A stretch of 64,000 nt of DNA from Candidatus Iainarchaeum sp. (GCA_026397015.1 JAPLVR010000006.1:96001-160000); one strand, 5' to 3'. Positions 19,670 through 30,179 are shown, numbered from the stretch's first letter. Translations and numbers: made by a program. Notes: generated by a model not told the origin, from the sequence alone.

Positions 19670-20635
19670 ATGACACAAATTGAAATTCCATGGGTTGAAA
19701 AATACAGGCCGAATTCGCTGGACGACGTAATGGGCCATGAAGGCATAACAAAGCGCCTGAAAGCATATGTAAAACAGAGAAATCTTCCGAATATGCTTTT
19801 CTCCGGTCCGGCGGGAACTGGAAAAACAAGTTCCGCAATCGCGCTGGCAAGAGAGCTCTTCGGAAAAAATATGGGAATGAATTTTTTAGAACTTAACGCA
19901 AGCGATGAGCGAGGCATCGATGTTGTAAGAAACACAATCAAGGATTTTGCGCGAACACTTGCCTTCGACACCGATTTCAAAATAATTTTTTTGGACGAAT
20001 GCGACGCTCTTACAAACGATGCACAGCAGGCGCTAAGAAGGACGATGGAAAAATATACTAAAACCTGCAGGTTCTGCCTGTCATGCAACTACTCTTCAAA
20101 AATAATCGAGCCGATACAGTCAAGATGCGTAATTTACAGGTTCAAACCACTGAGCCCGGAAGACATTGCAAAACAAATTGATGCCATCGGAAAAAAAGAG
20201 GGGCTCACAATCGACGAGGGCGCAAAGAAGGCAATCAATTACGTGTGCCAGGGCGACTTGAGAAAGGCAATCAATATTTTACAGGGCGCATCGTCAACCG
20301 GAAAAAAAATTACTGAAGACATAATATACAACGTTTCAAGCCGCGCAAGGCCGGAACAAGTTAGGGAAATGATTATGCTGGCACTGCAGGCGAAATTTTT
20401 GGAAGCAAGAAAAAAACTGGACGAATTAATGTACGAACAGGGGATGAGCGGAGAAGACGTGCTGCTGCAGCTTTACAGGGAAACAATGGCGCTTGAAGAA
20501 AATGAACTGTCGGACAAGGCAAAAATTGAGCTGGTTGACATCATAGGAGAATACGATTTCAGAATGGTTGAAGGCGCAAACGAAAGGGTACAGCTTGAAG
20601 CGCTTTTGGCGCAGTTCATGAAATACAAAAAATAG
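19670..20635 (+). CDS. rfcS: Replication factor C small subunit
   Basis: PWVEKYRP, GPAGTGKT, ELNASDERGID, IQSRC. Confidence 0.97.
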   Translation: MTQIEIPWVEKYRPNSLDDVMGHEGITKRLKAYVKQRNLPNMLFSGPAGTGKTSSAIALARELFGKNMGMNFLELNASDERGIDVVRNTIKDFARTLAFDTDFKIIFLDECDALTNDAQQALRRTMEKYTKTCRFCLSCNYSSKIIEPIQSRCVIYRFKPLSPEDIAKQIDAIGKKEGLTIDEGAKKAINYVCQGDLRKAINILQGASSTGKKITEDIIYNVSSRARPEQVREMIMLALQAKFLEARKKLDELMYEQGMSGEDVLLQLYRETMALEENELSDKAKIELVDIIGEYDFRMVEGANERVQLEALLAQFMKYKK

Positions 20636-20763
20636 CTGCCAAAGCTTCCTAAATTTTTTATTTTCAACTTTTTTGATTTTTCAAATTTTTCATTTTAAAA
20701 TGATTTCTTATTCAAACAGATAGTAATATAAGCAACGTGCAGGGCAATATTTTTGGTGAATCC

Positions 20764-21408
20764 ATGCCGAAAAAGCCCCCAAAACCGCCTCCAAAAAATC
20801 ACGGCAGTCCGGAAAATCAGCTGCCGATGCAATTGAGGTTCCAACTAAGCCGAAAGGAACTGATAGACGCGCAAACAAAGGCGGAAGCGCAGGTGGCATG
20901 GAAAACCCTGAACAGCTTCATAAGCCAGCGAAAATTTGACAAGACGCTTCACGAAAATCTTGCCAGGGGGATTGACAAGCTGGCTTTTAAAAAGGTCACC
21001 ATGGCACTTGAAATAGATCCGAAAACAGTCGGAAATGCTTACAGAATAGTCCGAAAAATAAGAAAGGCCAACCTCCAAAAGGAATACATCATGAGGTACG
21101 TGAAACTTTACGGCACGCTTGTGAGAATGGGAATAATTCCTGCCGAAAAGATTATTTCGGTAAATAAGCACCTAGTTCCGAGGCTGCAGAGGGCGATGGA
21201 CGAAAAAGAAATGCTTAAGATGCAGCTTGAAAAAGCCATCGGTGACAAAAAAAAATCCGATGTTATTTTGAAAATCATTTCTAAAGTTGGTGGCAGATTC
21301 ATGCCAACGCCGCCGCTGAGCGACGCGGTCCTGAGAACGATAAGCAAGAAAAATGCGAAAAAAATAATTGCAAGCCTTCCTCCGCCTTCAGAGCTGCCGC
21401 CCATTTGA
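20764..21408 (+). CDS. Basic hypothetical protein (MPKKPPKPPPK...)
   Basis: GGTGA RBS before ATG 20764; K/R-rich. Confidence 0.7.
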   Translation: MPKKPPKPPPKNHGSPENQLPMQLRFQLSRKELIDAQTKAEAQVAWKTLNSFISQRKFDKTLHENLARGIDKLAFKKVTMALEIDPKTVGNAYRIVRKIRKANLQKEYIMRYVKLYGTLVRMGIIPAEKIISVNKHLVPRLQRAMDEKEMLKMQLEKAIGDKKKSDVILKIISKVGGRFMPTPPLSDAVLRTISKKNAKKIIASLPPPSELPPI

Positions 21409-21462
21409 ACTCACAAGAATCAGGGCAATAAGGATGAATGTGCTCCTGCTTGAGGGGAACAG

Positions 21463-22695
21463 CTAGTACCACTCGCTTATTCTTTTCTGCTCCTTAAAAT
21501 GCTTCAGCAATTTGGATTTTTTTCTATACTTTTGAATCGGGACGCCCAATTTAGTTGAAAGGAACTCAAGCGCCAAATTTAGAGTTGAAAATTCGAGCGG
21601 CTTTTCTTTTAGTGCGGCGCGGACATTCTCCCTAATCTGCCACACTCCGAGAGGGACCATGTAGCCGGAACCGATTTCTCTGAAAATTATTGCAGCCGCC
21701 TGCTTCTTCTGAGCGACCAAATGTTCGGCAATGGCAAGGCGCGCGGCGAAATAAGCTCCCTCGGTTTCCTCTGGATAGCCCTTTAAGCCCTTGTTAAATT
21801 CATGGTCCGCGCCGATGTTGACTTCCTTCGCCCCGGGATTCCAGACACCCCCTGGATTCCACGCCTCAATCTGCTCAAAGGACCACGGATAGGGCATGAG
21901 CATCACCCAAAAATTGTTGTCCAAATAATTTGAATGGAACAGTTTGAATGAATCGATCAGCGCGCTCCGCCTTATTTTTTCGTCAATGAAATATTTTGAA
22001 ATATTTGAATCAACGGCGGTTATCGCCCAGCGCGTCGGCACAATTTTCCTGTTCTTTTTCAAGCCGAGCGAGCCGCTTGAAAGCACCTTTGAAAGAACCG
22101 AAACCGGAAAACCATCGTTGAAAAGCTCCACCAACGCCGTTGCGGATTTTGCATCCGTGTCGGAATAAAAATTTTCAATCTTTTTCGGCACCTTCGGGTT
22201 TCCGGAAATTGTCAGCTTTTTAAGTTTCACGCTCGGACCCATCGGGGCGACAAAAGAATCAAAAGAGATTTCCATCTTCGGCTTGTTTGCGAGCGAAAGC
22301 TCGACATTGAGCGAGCCGGAAGCCATTGTTATTTCCTGAAAATCCTGCAATTCGTAATTCGGGTTCCTTGCGGAATTAACCGGCATCGTTTTGTAAGAAC
22401 GGAGCAGCGACTCCCTGAAGGAAATTATTTTCTCCTGCGGCAAGCCGTACCACTGCTCGGGCAAATCGCTCATCCCGACTGATTCGCTTGGAAGCGAGGA
22501 AAGGGGCGCGACAGCTACCTTCGGATAATTTCTCCACGAAACGAAGAAGCCCGGCGGAGTCACCCCTTCAAATTCATTCCCTTTTATCGCGGATTCGATT
22601 GTTTTCTGCCGCGACCGCTTCTCAAGAATTGGGCAGCTTTCCAGGCCGCACAAAAGCTTTCCTTTGCATCTGATGCATAGCTCCGGCGAAATCAT
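21463..22695 (-). CDS. nreA: Nre family DNA repair protein
   Basis: CIRCKG..CG..CP, VPTRWAITAVD, PLGVWQIRE, C-terminal PIP-box-like QKRISEWY. Confidence 0.92.
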   Translation of the reverse strand: MISPELCIRCKGKLLCGLESCPILEKRSRQKTIESAIKGNEFEGVTPPGFFVSWRNYPKVAVAPLSSLPSESVGMSDLPEQWYGLPQEKIISFRESLLRSYKTMPVNSARNPNYELQDFQEITMASGSLNVELSLANKPKMEISFDSFVAPMGPSVKLKKLTISGNPKVPKKIENFYSDTDAKSATALVELFNDGFPVSVLSKVLSSGSLGLKKNRKIVPTRWAITAVDSNISKYFIDEKIRRSALIDSFKLFHSNYLDNNFWVMLMPYPWSFEQIEAWNPGGVWNPGAKEVNIGADHEFNKGLKGYPEETEGAYFAARLAIAEHLVAQKKQAAAIIFREIGSGYMVPLGVWQIRENVRAALKEKPLEFSTLNLALEFLSTKLGVPIQKYRKKSKLLKHFKEQKRISEWY

Positions 22696-22869
22696 CCCAT
22701 ACCAATCCGAAAATTAAAACAAAAATCAATCCGCGAATCTCAAATAATTTTGTGGACAAAAAGAAACAAAAATGCATCCATGCTTTTGTGCCGGTCAAAA
22801 AAATATTAAAAATTAAGAAGGAAGCCCAACGAAAACCTTTTTATTTCCTTACCAATCCATTTCTGATTC

Positions 22870-23118
22870 ATGCCTTTCAAAGATATTGTGGTCGAAATTA
22901 AGAATATGCCGGCACGGCCGAGAACGAGAGGTGCGAACGGCTCAAAGGGAATAATTGACGCATGCGCTCCGAGCCTAAGGGAGGCGATTGAACAGTCCGT
23001 TGCGCCTGTAAAAAGCTGGAAAGAATGCAGGCATGTGCGTATGGACGGCGAGAATGCGCTTTGCAGGGAATACATTTCAAAATGCGGCAGGGAAAAGTGC
23101 ACACGCGTAAAAAAATAA
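22870..23118 (+). CDS. Small Cys-containing hypothetical protein
   Basis: 82 aa with a C/H-rich C-terminus; fills an intergenic gap. Confidence 0.55.
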   Translation: MPFKDIVVEIKNMPARPRTRGANGSKGIIDACAPSLREAIEQSVAPVKSWKECRHVRMDGENALCREYISKCGREKCTRVKK

Positions 23119-23248
23119 CAAATTTTTCTTCCAAATTTTTTCTAATTCTAATTGCCAGTTGAAATTGATGCAAGCCCGCAACAAAGGAGTTTTAAAAAAG
23201 GTTTGCTGGCTCAGTTATAAAAGCGCAAATTAGAGGTTAAAAGCGCCG

Positions 23249-25012
23249 ATGCAAGTTGATTTTATGGCAGAAAAAAAGGAAGCGGAAGAACTTGAAAAGC
23301 TTTGGCATACAACGGCGCATGTATTTGCCGACGCGCTGACCGAGCTTTACCCGAAGGCAAAAATCGCAATCGGACCGCCGATAGAGTGGGGCTTTCACTA
23401 TGATTTTGAGCTGGATAAAAACATTGACGGAAAAGATTTGGAAAAAATAGAAAACAGGATGAGGGAAATCCTTTCCAGAAAAGAAAAATTGACAAGGAAA
23501 GAAATTTCGACGAAAGAAGCGCTCCAGTTTTTTAACGATAATCCTTACAAAGTGGAAATGATAAAAGATTTGGCGGCAAAGGGAGAAAAAACTGTTTTAA
23601 TTTATTATACCGGAAAATTTGTGGACCTGTGCAAGGGGCCGCATCTCGAAAGCACCGAACCGATAAAAGCGGTGAAACTTCTAAAAATTTCTTCGGCATA
23701 CTGGAAGGGCGATGAGAAAAACAAAGTGCTGCAAAGAGTTTACGGAATCGGATTCAAAACGCAGAAAGAACTTGATAACTGGCTCGAAATGAGAAAAAAG
23801 GCCGAAAAAAATTCTAATGTAAAACTGGGAAAAGAACTCGACTTGTATATGATAAGCGAGGAAGTCGGAAAAGGGCTTCCAATCTGGACTCCAAAAGGGA
23901 CTCTTCTTAGAATGCAACTTCAGGAATTTTTGACAAAAGAACAGATAAAACGCGGATACAGTTTTCTTATAACGCCGCACATCGCAAAACTTGACCTCTT
24001 CAAAAAATCCGGGCACTACGACAATTACAGGGAAATGATGTATGCGCCGATAAAAATAGATGATGAAGAATATTTGCTGAAGCCGATGAACTGCCCGTTC
24101 CACATACAATATTACATGCGAAAACCGAAGAGCTACCGCGACCTTCCTCTTAGACTCAGCGAGATGGGGACGGTTTACAGATATGAAAAAAGCGGCGAGC
24201 TCTCGGGACTGTTAAGAGTGAGAGGATTTACACAGGATGACGCCCATATTTTCTGCACACCAGAACAGGTGAAAGAAGAATTCAAGGCGGTCTTTGACAT
24301 GGTAATGCGTGTAATGAAAGTTTTGGGGCTGGAAAATTTCAGAGTCAGAATCGGAACAAGAGATGAAAAAAGCACAAAATATATTGGAGATATTAAAAAC
24401 TGGGAAAGGGCGACAAAAGAAATAATCGAGGTTCTTGAAGAGTGCAAAATAAAATTTGAAATAAACGAGGGGGACGCCGCATTCTACGGCCCGAAAGCCG
24501 ACATACTGATAAAGGATTCGCTCGAAAGAGAATGGCAAACCGGAACGATACAACTGGACTACAATCTGCCGGAAAGATTTGAACTGGAATACATCGCCGC
24601 CGACGGAAAAAAACACAGTCCGGTCATGATACACAGGGCGCCGTTCGGAAGCTTTGAAAGATTTGTAGGAATAATAATCGAGCATTTTGGGGGTGCCTTT
24701 CCGCTGTGGCTGGCTCCGGAACAGGTAAGAATCATTCCTGTTTCCGAAAAGTTTGCAAAATACGGGAAAAAGGTTAGGGATGAACTTGCGGAAAAAGAAA
24801 TCAGGTGCGTGCTTGACGACAGCAACGAAACCCTCGGGTATAGAATAAGGGAAGGACAAAAGGAAAAAATCCCCTACATACTGGTTGTGGGCGCAAAAGA
24901 AGAAGAGGATTCCTCTGTTGCCATAAGAGACCGCCAGGGAAAACAAGAAGTCATGAAAATGGAAAAGTTTATTCAAAACGCGCTGAAGGAAATCGCCGAA
25001 AAAAGTCCCTAA
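23249..25012 (+). CDS. thrS: Threonine--tRNA ligase (bacterial-like, with editing domain)
   Basis: HTTAH, DLCKGPH, KPMNCPFH, RVRGFTQDDAH, GDAAFYGPK. Confidence 0.97.
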   Translation: MQVDFMAEKKEAEELEKLWHTTAHVFADALTELYPKAKIAIGPPIEWGFHYDFELDKNIDGKDLEKIENRMREILSRKEKLTRKEISTKEALQFFNDNPYKVEMIKDLAAKGEKTVLIYYTGKFVDLCKGPHLESTEPIKAVKLLKISSAYWKGDEKNKVLQRVYGIGFKTQKELDNWLEMRKKAEKNSNVKLGKELDLYMISEEVGKGLPIWTPKGTLLRMQLQEFLTKEQIKRGYSFLITPHIAKLDLFKKSGHYDNYREMMYAPIKIDDEEYLLKPMNCPFHIQYYMRKPKSYRDLPLRLSEMGTVYRYEKSGELSGLLRVRGFTQDDAHIFCTPEQVKEEFKAVFDMVMRVMKVLGLENFRVRIGTRDEKSTKYIGDIKNWERATKEIIEVLEECKIKFEINEGDAAFYGPKADILIKDSLEREWQTGTIQLDYNLPERFELEYIAADGKKHSPVMIHRAPFGSFERFVGIIIEHFGGAFPLWLAPEQVRIIPVSEKFAKYGKKVRDELAEKEIRCVLDDSNETLGYRIREGQKEKIPYILVVGAKEEEDSSVAIRDRQGKQEVMKMEKFIQNALKEIAEKSP

Positions 25013-25072
25013 TAAAAGCCCTCAAAATGCTACAGTAGTAATAAATATATAATTAGACACTTTATCTATTGC

Positions 25073-26899
25073 ATGGCAGAAGACTATCTGACCGGGCTGA
25101 TGAAACAGCTCAAAGACAAAACCGTTTCTGAAACAGGGGAAGAAAATGCGGATTCGGAGACACAGCCGCAGACTTTTTCAACCGAAAAATCCGCACAAAC
25201 AACCGACGAAGAAATAATTCTTTCGGCAAAAAAAGAAGATGCGCCGATAATAAAGGCGCCGACTTATGAGGCGGAAATCGAAGGGCCAGAAGCGGAAGGC
25301 GCGGGAAGAGAAGGAATCGGGATCGATAGAACAGGCGCAGAAACCGGGGCGCTATCTCCTCTGAAAAAAGAAATAATCGAAGGGGATGAAAAAGCGGCGG
25401 AAGTGATTGAAAAAACAACCGCGGAAAAAGAAGTCGAGCAGAGCCAAAAAATAGAACTGAAATCTTACGGCAAAGTAAAAATATTTAAGATTCCGGAAAA
25501 GCCGCTGCCCTACTATTTCATTCCTACGCCGAGACCGACATCGGCTGAAAGAAAAATAATTAACACGATAAAAGAGGCAACCACAAGACTAATCTCTATC
25601 GCACCCTACAAAGTCAGGGACCCGGAACAAAGGCGCATCGTGTACAAACAAAAAATAATTGAAATAATCAAAAACAGCCCGTCGCTAAGAGTGCCGGAAA
25701 GCAGAATAAATTTTTACGCGGAAGCGGTTGTAAGGGAAATGGTCGGTTACGGAATAATTGACGACCTGATAAAAGATGACGGACTTGAAGAAATAATGAT
25801 AATAGGCCCGAAGAAACCAATCTACGTTTTCCACAGAGAATTCGAAATGATGAGCACCAACATAGAATTTTTTTCCGAACAGGAAATAGAAGACCTGATA
25901 AATAAAATTGCAAGAGAAGTCGGAAGAAGGGTCGATGTTTCGGCGCCGCTACTTGACGCCAGGCTTCCCGACGGAAGCAGGGTAAATGCAACTATTCCTC
26001 CGGCATCCATAAGCGGCGGAACACTAACAATAAGAAAATTCAGGGCAGACCCTTACTCTATAATCGACCTCGTAAAATTGGGAACACTTACAAGCGAAGC
26101 CGCCGCATTCCTCTGGCTTTGCGCCGAGGGAATGAGCGTGAAACCTGCAAACATCCTAATTTCCGGAGGCACGGGGTCTGGAAAAACAACGCTGTTGAAT
26201 GTGCTTACCGCATTTGTTCCGGAAAGGGAAAGAGTAATAACAATCGAAGACACAGCCGAATTAAGTTTGCCGCTCAAGCACTGGATAAGGATGGAGGGGC
26301 GGCCGCCCGGATTGGAGGGAACAGGCGAGTTGAAGATGGATATACTCACAAAGAACTCGCTGAGAATGAGACCGGACAGAATCATCGTCGGAGAAATAAG
26401 GCACGAAGAAGCATTCACTCTTTTCACCGCACTCAACACGGGCCATGACGGATGCATGGGAACAGTTCACGCAAACAGCCCGCAGGAAACAATAATCAGA
26501 GTAACGAATCCGCCCATGAATGTTCCGCAAATAATGCTAAGCGGACTAGACTTGATAATAATAGAACACAGGATGCACGACAGAAAAAAAGGAACAATAA
26601 GAAGAATAACCGAAATAGCCGAAATTTATAACGCGCTCGAAGGCAACCCGAAAACGGAAACAATCTACAAATGGGACCCGATTAAAGACACACTTGAAAA
26701 AACACTTGTAAACAGCAGGTATCTTGCCGACCTGAGGGCTTTCAGCGGCCTCAATAAGGAACAGATAAATGCGGAGCTCGAAATAAGAAAAACATTTTTG
26801 GAAGAATTGCTCAAACAAAACGTGCGAAGCATCTCCGCGGTTTCATCCGCAACAAAAAAGTTTTTAACAAAAAAAGCCGAAGCGGGCGATACACGATGA
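25073..26899 (+). CDS. Type IV pilus/type II secretion ATPase (CpaF/VirB11 family)
   Basis: DARLPDGSRVNA, GGTGSGKTT, IEDTAEL, RMRPDRIIVGE, NTGHDG; acidic disordered N-terminus. Confidence 0.93.
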   Translation: MAEDYLTGLMKQLKDKTVSETGEENADSETQPQTFSTEKSAQTTDEEIILSAKKEDAPIIKAPTYEAEIEGPEAEGAGREGIGIDRTGAETGALSPLKKEIIEGDEKAAEVIEKTTAEKEVEQSQKIELKSYGKVKIFKIPEKPLPYYFIPTPRPTSAERKIINTIKEATTRLISIAPYKVRDPEQRRIVYKQKIIEIIKNSPSLRVPESRINFYAEAVVREMVGYGIIDDLIKDDGLEEIMIIGPKKPIYVFHREFEMMSTNIEFFSEQEIEDLINKIAREVGRRVDVSAPLLDARLPDGSRVNATIPPASISGGTLTIRKFRADPYSIIDLVKLGTLTSEAAAFLWLCAEGMSVKPANILISGGTGSGKTTLLNVLTAFVPERERVITIEDTAELSLPLKHWIRMEGRPPGLEGTGELKMDILTKNSLRMRPDRIIVGEIRHEEAFTLFTALNTGHDGCMGTVHANSPQETIIRVTNPPMNVPQIMLSGLDLIIIEHRMHDRKKGTIRRITEIAEIYNALEGNPKTETIYKWDPIKDTLEKTLVNSRYLADLRAFSGLNKEQINAELEIRKTFLEELLKQNVRSISAVSSATKKFLTKKAEAGDTR

Positions 26900-28002
26900 G
26901 CGAACAGGGCGCAAGTTCATATGCAATAGACAAGGATGAGGTTGAAAGAATAGTCGAGGGAATGAAGAAGAAATACCGCGACGACGGAATGCACTTCGAG
27001 GAGGTTTCCGACAATCTCAAAGAATTGCGGGGAATTATTGCGGAAGAATCATATTCAAAAATAGACATCGAAAGCGAATCGGACGTCGAAAACTTTGATT
27101 CAAAAACTATGCAATTCTTCGGAAACTTTTATCTGAAAACAAAAAATTTTCTAAAACCAATACAGAATTCGCTGAAAAAGCTTCCCTCAAACAAGGAGCT
27201 GAGCTATTACCTCTATTCGGCAGACATGCACTATTCGTCAAACCAGTATGTCGCGATATCAAGCGCTGTGGGGCTGCTCATCGGGCTTATAACATTCGCA
27301 ATAATAATTCTTTTGAGCGCAATTCTTCTGAATCCGTTGATTTTGATAATCGCCGTTCCAATGGCAGTTGTAACAGGATTTATTGCAATGATGATTACGC
27401 TCTTTATCCCAAAACAAAATGCGATTGCGCGGGGGGAAGCATGCTCGACAGAACTTCCGTTCGCATTGAGACACATGGCAACGGAACTCAAAGCCGGAAT
27501 AGGGTTGTACAAAACAATACAGGCGATTGCGGTTGCCGATTACGGGGTTTTGAGCGAAGAATTTGCAAGAACTATAAACGAAATCGAAGAGGGAACGGAT
27601 ACAAGCCTCGCATTAAGGCACCTTGCGCTCAGAACACAAAGCAGGCCGCTCAAAATGGCGATGATGCACATAATAAGGGCGATGCGAATCGGGGGAAACC
27701 TTTCTGGAATAATTAATGAAATTGCAAACGATGTTTCCGACGATTTAAAAAACAGAATAAATTCATTCTCGCAAAAAATGAATCTCTTTTCAGTAATATT
27801 TATTTTCCTCGGGATAGTAATTCCAGTCGGAATAACCATACTTGGGGTAATAAGAAACTCGCCGATAACAAGCGGCAGCCAGGAAATGTTCAAGGCGATT
27901 CCGCTGACGCCGCCCGTAATGTTGATATTTTATTTCGTGGTGATGCCAATGCTTTTCATCATGATGAATTTAATGATTTATTCAATACAACCAAAAATGT
28001 GA
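26896..28002 (+). CDS. T2SSF/TadB-TadC-like pilus membrane platform protein
   Basis: ELPFALRHMATELKAGIGL, YGVLSEEF; TM helices; follows the ATPase. Confidence 0.9.
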   Translation: MSEQGASSYAIDKDEVERIVEGMKKKYRDDGMHFEEVSDNLKELRGIIAEESYSKIDIESESDVENFDSKTMQFFGNFYLKTKNFLKPIQNSLKKLPSNKELSYYLYSADMHYSSNQYVAISSAVGLLIGLITFAIIILLSAILLNPLILIIAVPMAVVTGFIAMMITLFIPKQNAIARGEACSTELPFALRHMATELKAGIGLYKTIQAIAVADYGVLSEEFARTINEIEEGTDTSLALRHLALRTQSRPLKMAMMHIIRAMRIGGNLSGIINEIANDVSDDLKNRINSFSQKMNLFSVIFIFLGIVIPVGITILGVIRNSPITSGSQEMFKAIPLTPPVMLIFYFVVMPMLFIMMNLMIYSIQPKM

Positions 28003-28017
28003 AAAAATGGTGAACAG

Positions 28018-28926
28018 ATGAGCATAGTTGAAGATTACATAGAATGGGTTGAATTCAGCAGAATTCCATTCAAGGCGCCAGTCTGGGTCACAATGTCGCT
28101 GGGAATATCCGCGGCAGTAGGCGCCGCTTCCTTCATAGGAAGCTTCTTCATTCTCAGCGAGATAACGCTGCTTCCAATTGCGTTCACACTTGCAACTCTC
28201 GTACTGCTTCTCGGCTACCCTTACATGAAAACCGAATCAATAATTGATTCCATCGAAAAAAACTTTAGTGACGCACTCAAACAAATGGCTGACACTCTAA
28301 AAGCGGGCGACACCTACGAAAGTGCCCTAAGGGAAGTTGCCAACGCAGAATATGGAAGGCTTTCGGAAGAAATGGATATCGCGTTACGAAGGCTCGAGGA
28401 AGGCGAAAACTTGGAAACATCGCTCAACGGATTCGCAGAAAGGGTTAACTCAAAAGTCGTAAGAAGAACAACAACCATAATACTCGATTCGATAAGAACG
28501 GGAGCCAGTCTGGCAGACATTCTCGACCAAATTTCTGACGACGTTAGGTCATTCCAAAGAATCAAAGAGGAAAGAAAAGCGAATACTACAATGCAGTTTG
28601 CATTCATGGCATTGGCAGGCGGATTAATAGCGCCCGCAATTTTCGGCGAAGTAAACAGCGTAATGACAATATTTTCAAAAGTCTCGCTCAAAATGCTTGA
28701 AGGGGCGCAGCTGGAAACAAGCAAAAAGGTAACAGAATTTATCATGATGCTAATTCAATCCTACATAATAATTGAAGTTATCGCATCGGGCGCAATGATG
28801 TCAATAATCAGAGAAGGAAAACTCAACAAAAGCGTTATATATATCCCAATACTATTACTGTTGGCATTCATCGCATATTACTCCGCAAGAATGATAACAC
28901 AGGGGGCGGTTGCCGGAGCGATATAA
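28018..28926 (+). CDS. T2SSF/TadC-like pilus membrane platform protein
   Basis: DALKQMADTLKAG, YGRLSEE, GASLADIL. Confidence 0.9.
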   Translation: MSIVEDYIEWVEFSRIPFKAPVWVTMSLGISAAVGAASFIGSFFILSEITLLPIAFTLATLVLLLGYPYMKTESIIDSIEKNFSDALKQMADTLKAGDTYESALREVANAEYGRLSEEMDIALRRLEEGENLETSLNGFAERVNSKVVRRTTTIILDSIRTGASLADILDQISDDVRSFQRIKEERKANTTMQFAFMALAGGLIAPAIFGEVNSVMTIFSKVSLKMLEGAQLETSKKVTEFIMMLIQSYIIIEVIASGAMMSIIREGKLNKSVIYIPILLLLAFIAYYSARMITQGAVAGAI

Positions 28927-28979
28927 ATAATTGAAAAATTGGAAATAGGGCGATTAAAAAAATATTGTCGGTGAAAAGA

Positions 28980-29123
28980 ATGGAAGAAAAAGCACAGGTA
29001 AATTTGGAGTACTTGCTGATAATCGCTGGCGCTGTCGTAATAGCGACAGCAGTAGGGCTATTCATAAAACAAAGCGCAAGCTCGGTAACACGCTCGGCGC
29101 AGGAAAAGAGCGCACAGGGTTGA
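28980..29123 (+). CDS. Minimal 47-aa class III signal pilin
   Basis: Not in the ORF track. MEEKA-QVNLEYLLIIAGAVVIATAVGLFIKQSASSVTRSAQEKSAQG, with GGTGA RBS. Confidence 0.85.
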   Translation: MEEKAQVNLEYLLIIAGAVVIATAVGLFIKQSASSVTRSAQEKSAQG

Positions 29124-29217
29124 AAAACGCTTATTCCAGCTTCAAAAAGCAAAACATTTAAAAATTAGGAAACCCTTATACAATGGTGGTTTTTACGGTT
29201 CAAAGGAGGTTATAAAA

Positions 29218-29526
29218 ATGGAGGGAAGAGGACAAGGCTCAATCGAGTATTTGCTTATCATCGGCGCGGCGATAGTTATTGCTGTAATAGTAATTGCAGT
29301 GGTAGTGAGTATCGGCGGAGGCAATAAGGAAAGCACGAATCAGACAACTCTTGAAGCACAAGACATGAAGGAATGCCTCATAGACTGCTGCTACAAGACA
29401 CAGAGCATAAAATACAACCTAGACAAAAATGTTAGTCTGCCCGACTGCAACAGCATACCAAATGTATGCCAAGGCCTAGACATGAATCAGGCAGCTTGCC
29501 TTAAGTGTAATAAAGTAAAATGCTAA
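29218..29526 (+). CDS. Class III signal pilin with Cys-rich head
   Basis: RG-QGSIEYLLII; 8 Cys in the C-terminal domain; GGAGG RBS. Confidence 0.88.
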   Translation: MEGRGQGSIEYLLIIGAAIVIAVIVIAVVVSIGGGNKESTNQTTLEAQDMKECLIDCCYKTQSIKYNLDKNVSLPDCNSIPNVCQGLDMNQAACLKCNKVKC

Positions 29527-29536
29527 TTTTTTGGTA

Positions 29537-29558
29537 GAAAAGGCCTTCGGGCCTTTTC
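29537..29558 (+). terminator. Perfect 9-bp hairpin with UUCG tetraloop (terminator or RNA stabiliser)
   Basis: GAAAAGGCC-TTCG-GGCCTTTTC, 10 nt after the pilin stop, flanked by T tracts. Confidence 0.6.
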
Positions 29559-29636
29559 GAATATTTTTTCATAATTCCATTTTTTTACTTTGGGCGCTGG
29601 CGCAACCTTTAAATAGCAAAATCACGTATTATTAGC

Positions 29637-29969
29637 ATGGAAAATAAAAGGATTATTGAAGCACAGGGGGCAGTCGAATATTTGCTTCTGCTGGCGGCGG
29701 GAGTCGTTGTTGTGGCAGTAGTAATAACTTTCTTGATAAATGCAACCACTGCGGGGCAGGGTGCCGGTTGCCAACAGCTTAACACCTACCTGTGTGATAC
29801 CCTGCATTCGAAAACAGATGAATGCGCTTGTTACATAGGGCCTGGGGGAAAGTGGCCTGATGACACTAATGTAGATGAATACATGAACGATAATCACAAA
29901 GTGAGCAACTTTTGCTGTATAACATACACTAATTGTGCAGCACTTACGTCGAAATGGAACTGTACCTGA
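29637..29969 (+). CDS. Class III signal pilin with Cys-rich head
   Basis: EA-QGAVEYLLLLA; 8 Cys. Confidence 0.88.
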   Translation: MENKRIIEAQGAVEYLLLLAAGVVVVAVVITFLINATTAGQGAGCQQLNTYLCDTLHSKTDECACYIGPGGKWPDDTNVDEYMNDNHKVSNFCCITYTNCAALTSKWNCT

Positions 29970-29996
29970 ATAGTTGAGTCGAAAAGAGCTGAATAA

Positions 29997-30179
29997 ATGG
30001 GAATGATAGGAGAAGAGCGAGCGCAGGTCTCATTCGAGTACCTGCTAACAGCGGTTTTCGGGATAGTTCTGGCGATAAGCGCCGCGATAATAATTGAAAC
30101 ACTGAGGGAAATAGCTCTGGGCGCTCAGGCGGATATCCTGTCAACAAGAGAAGAAGTAATTTCAAATATAATGAGATAA
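29997..30179 (+). CDS. Short class III signal pilin
   Basis: ERA-QVSFEYLLTAV; 60 aa. Confidence 0.85.
   Translation: MGMIGEERAQVSFEYLLTAVFGIVLAISAAIIIETLREIALGAQADILSTREEVISNIMR

Noticed and set aside
21409-21462. H/ACA-like RNA between convergent genes
   Set aside because: Weak stem, ACA not properly placed and no clear pseudouridylation pocket.
25073-30179. Archaellum operon
   Set aside because: No ArlB archaellins or ArlH/ArlF/ArlG. Two TadC-like genes and QxSxE pilins indicate a type IV pilus.
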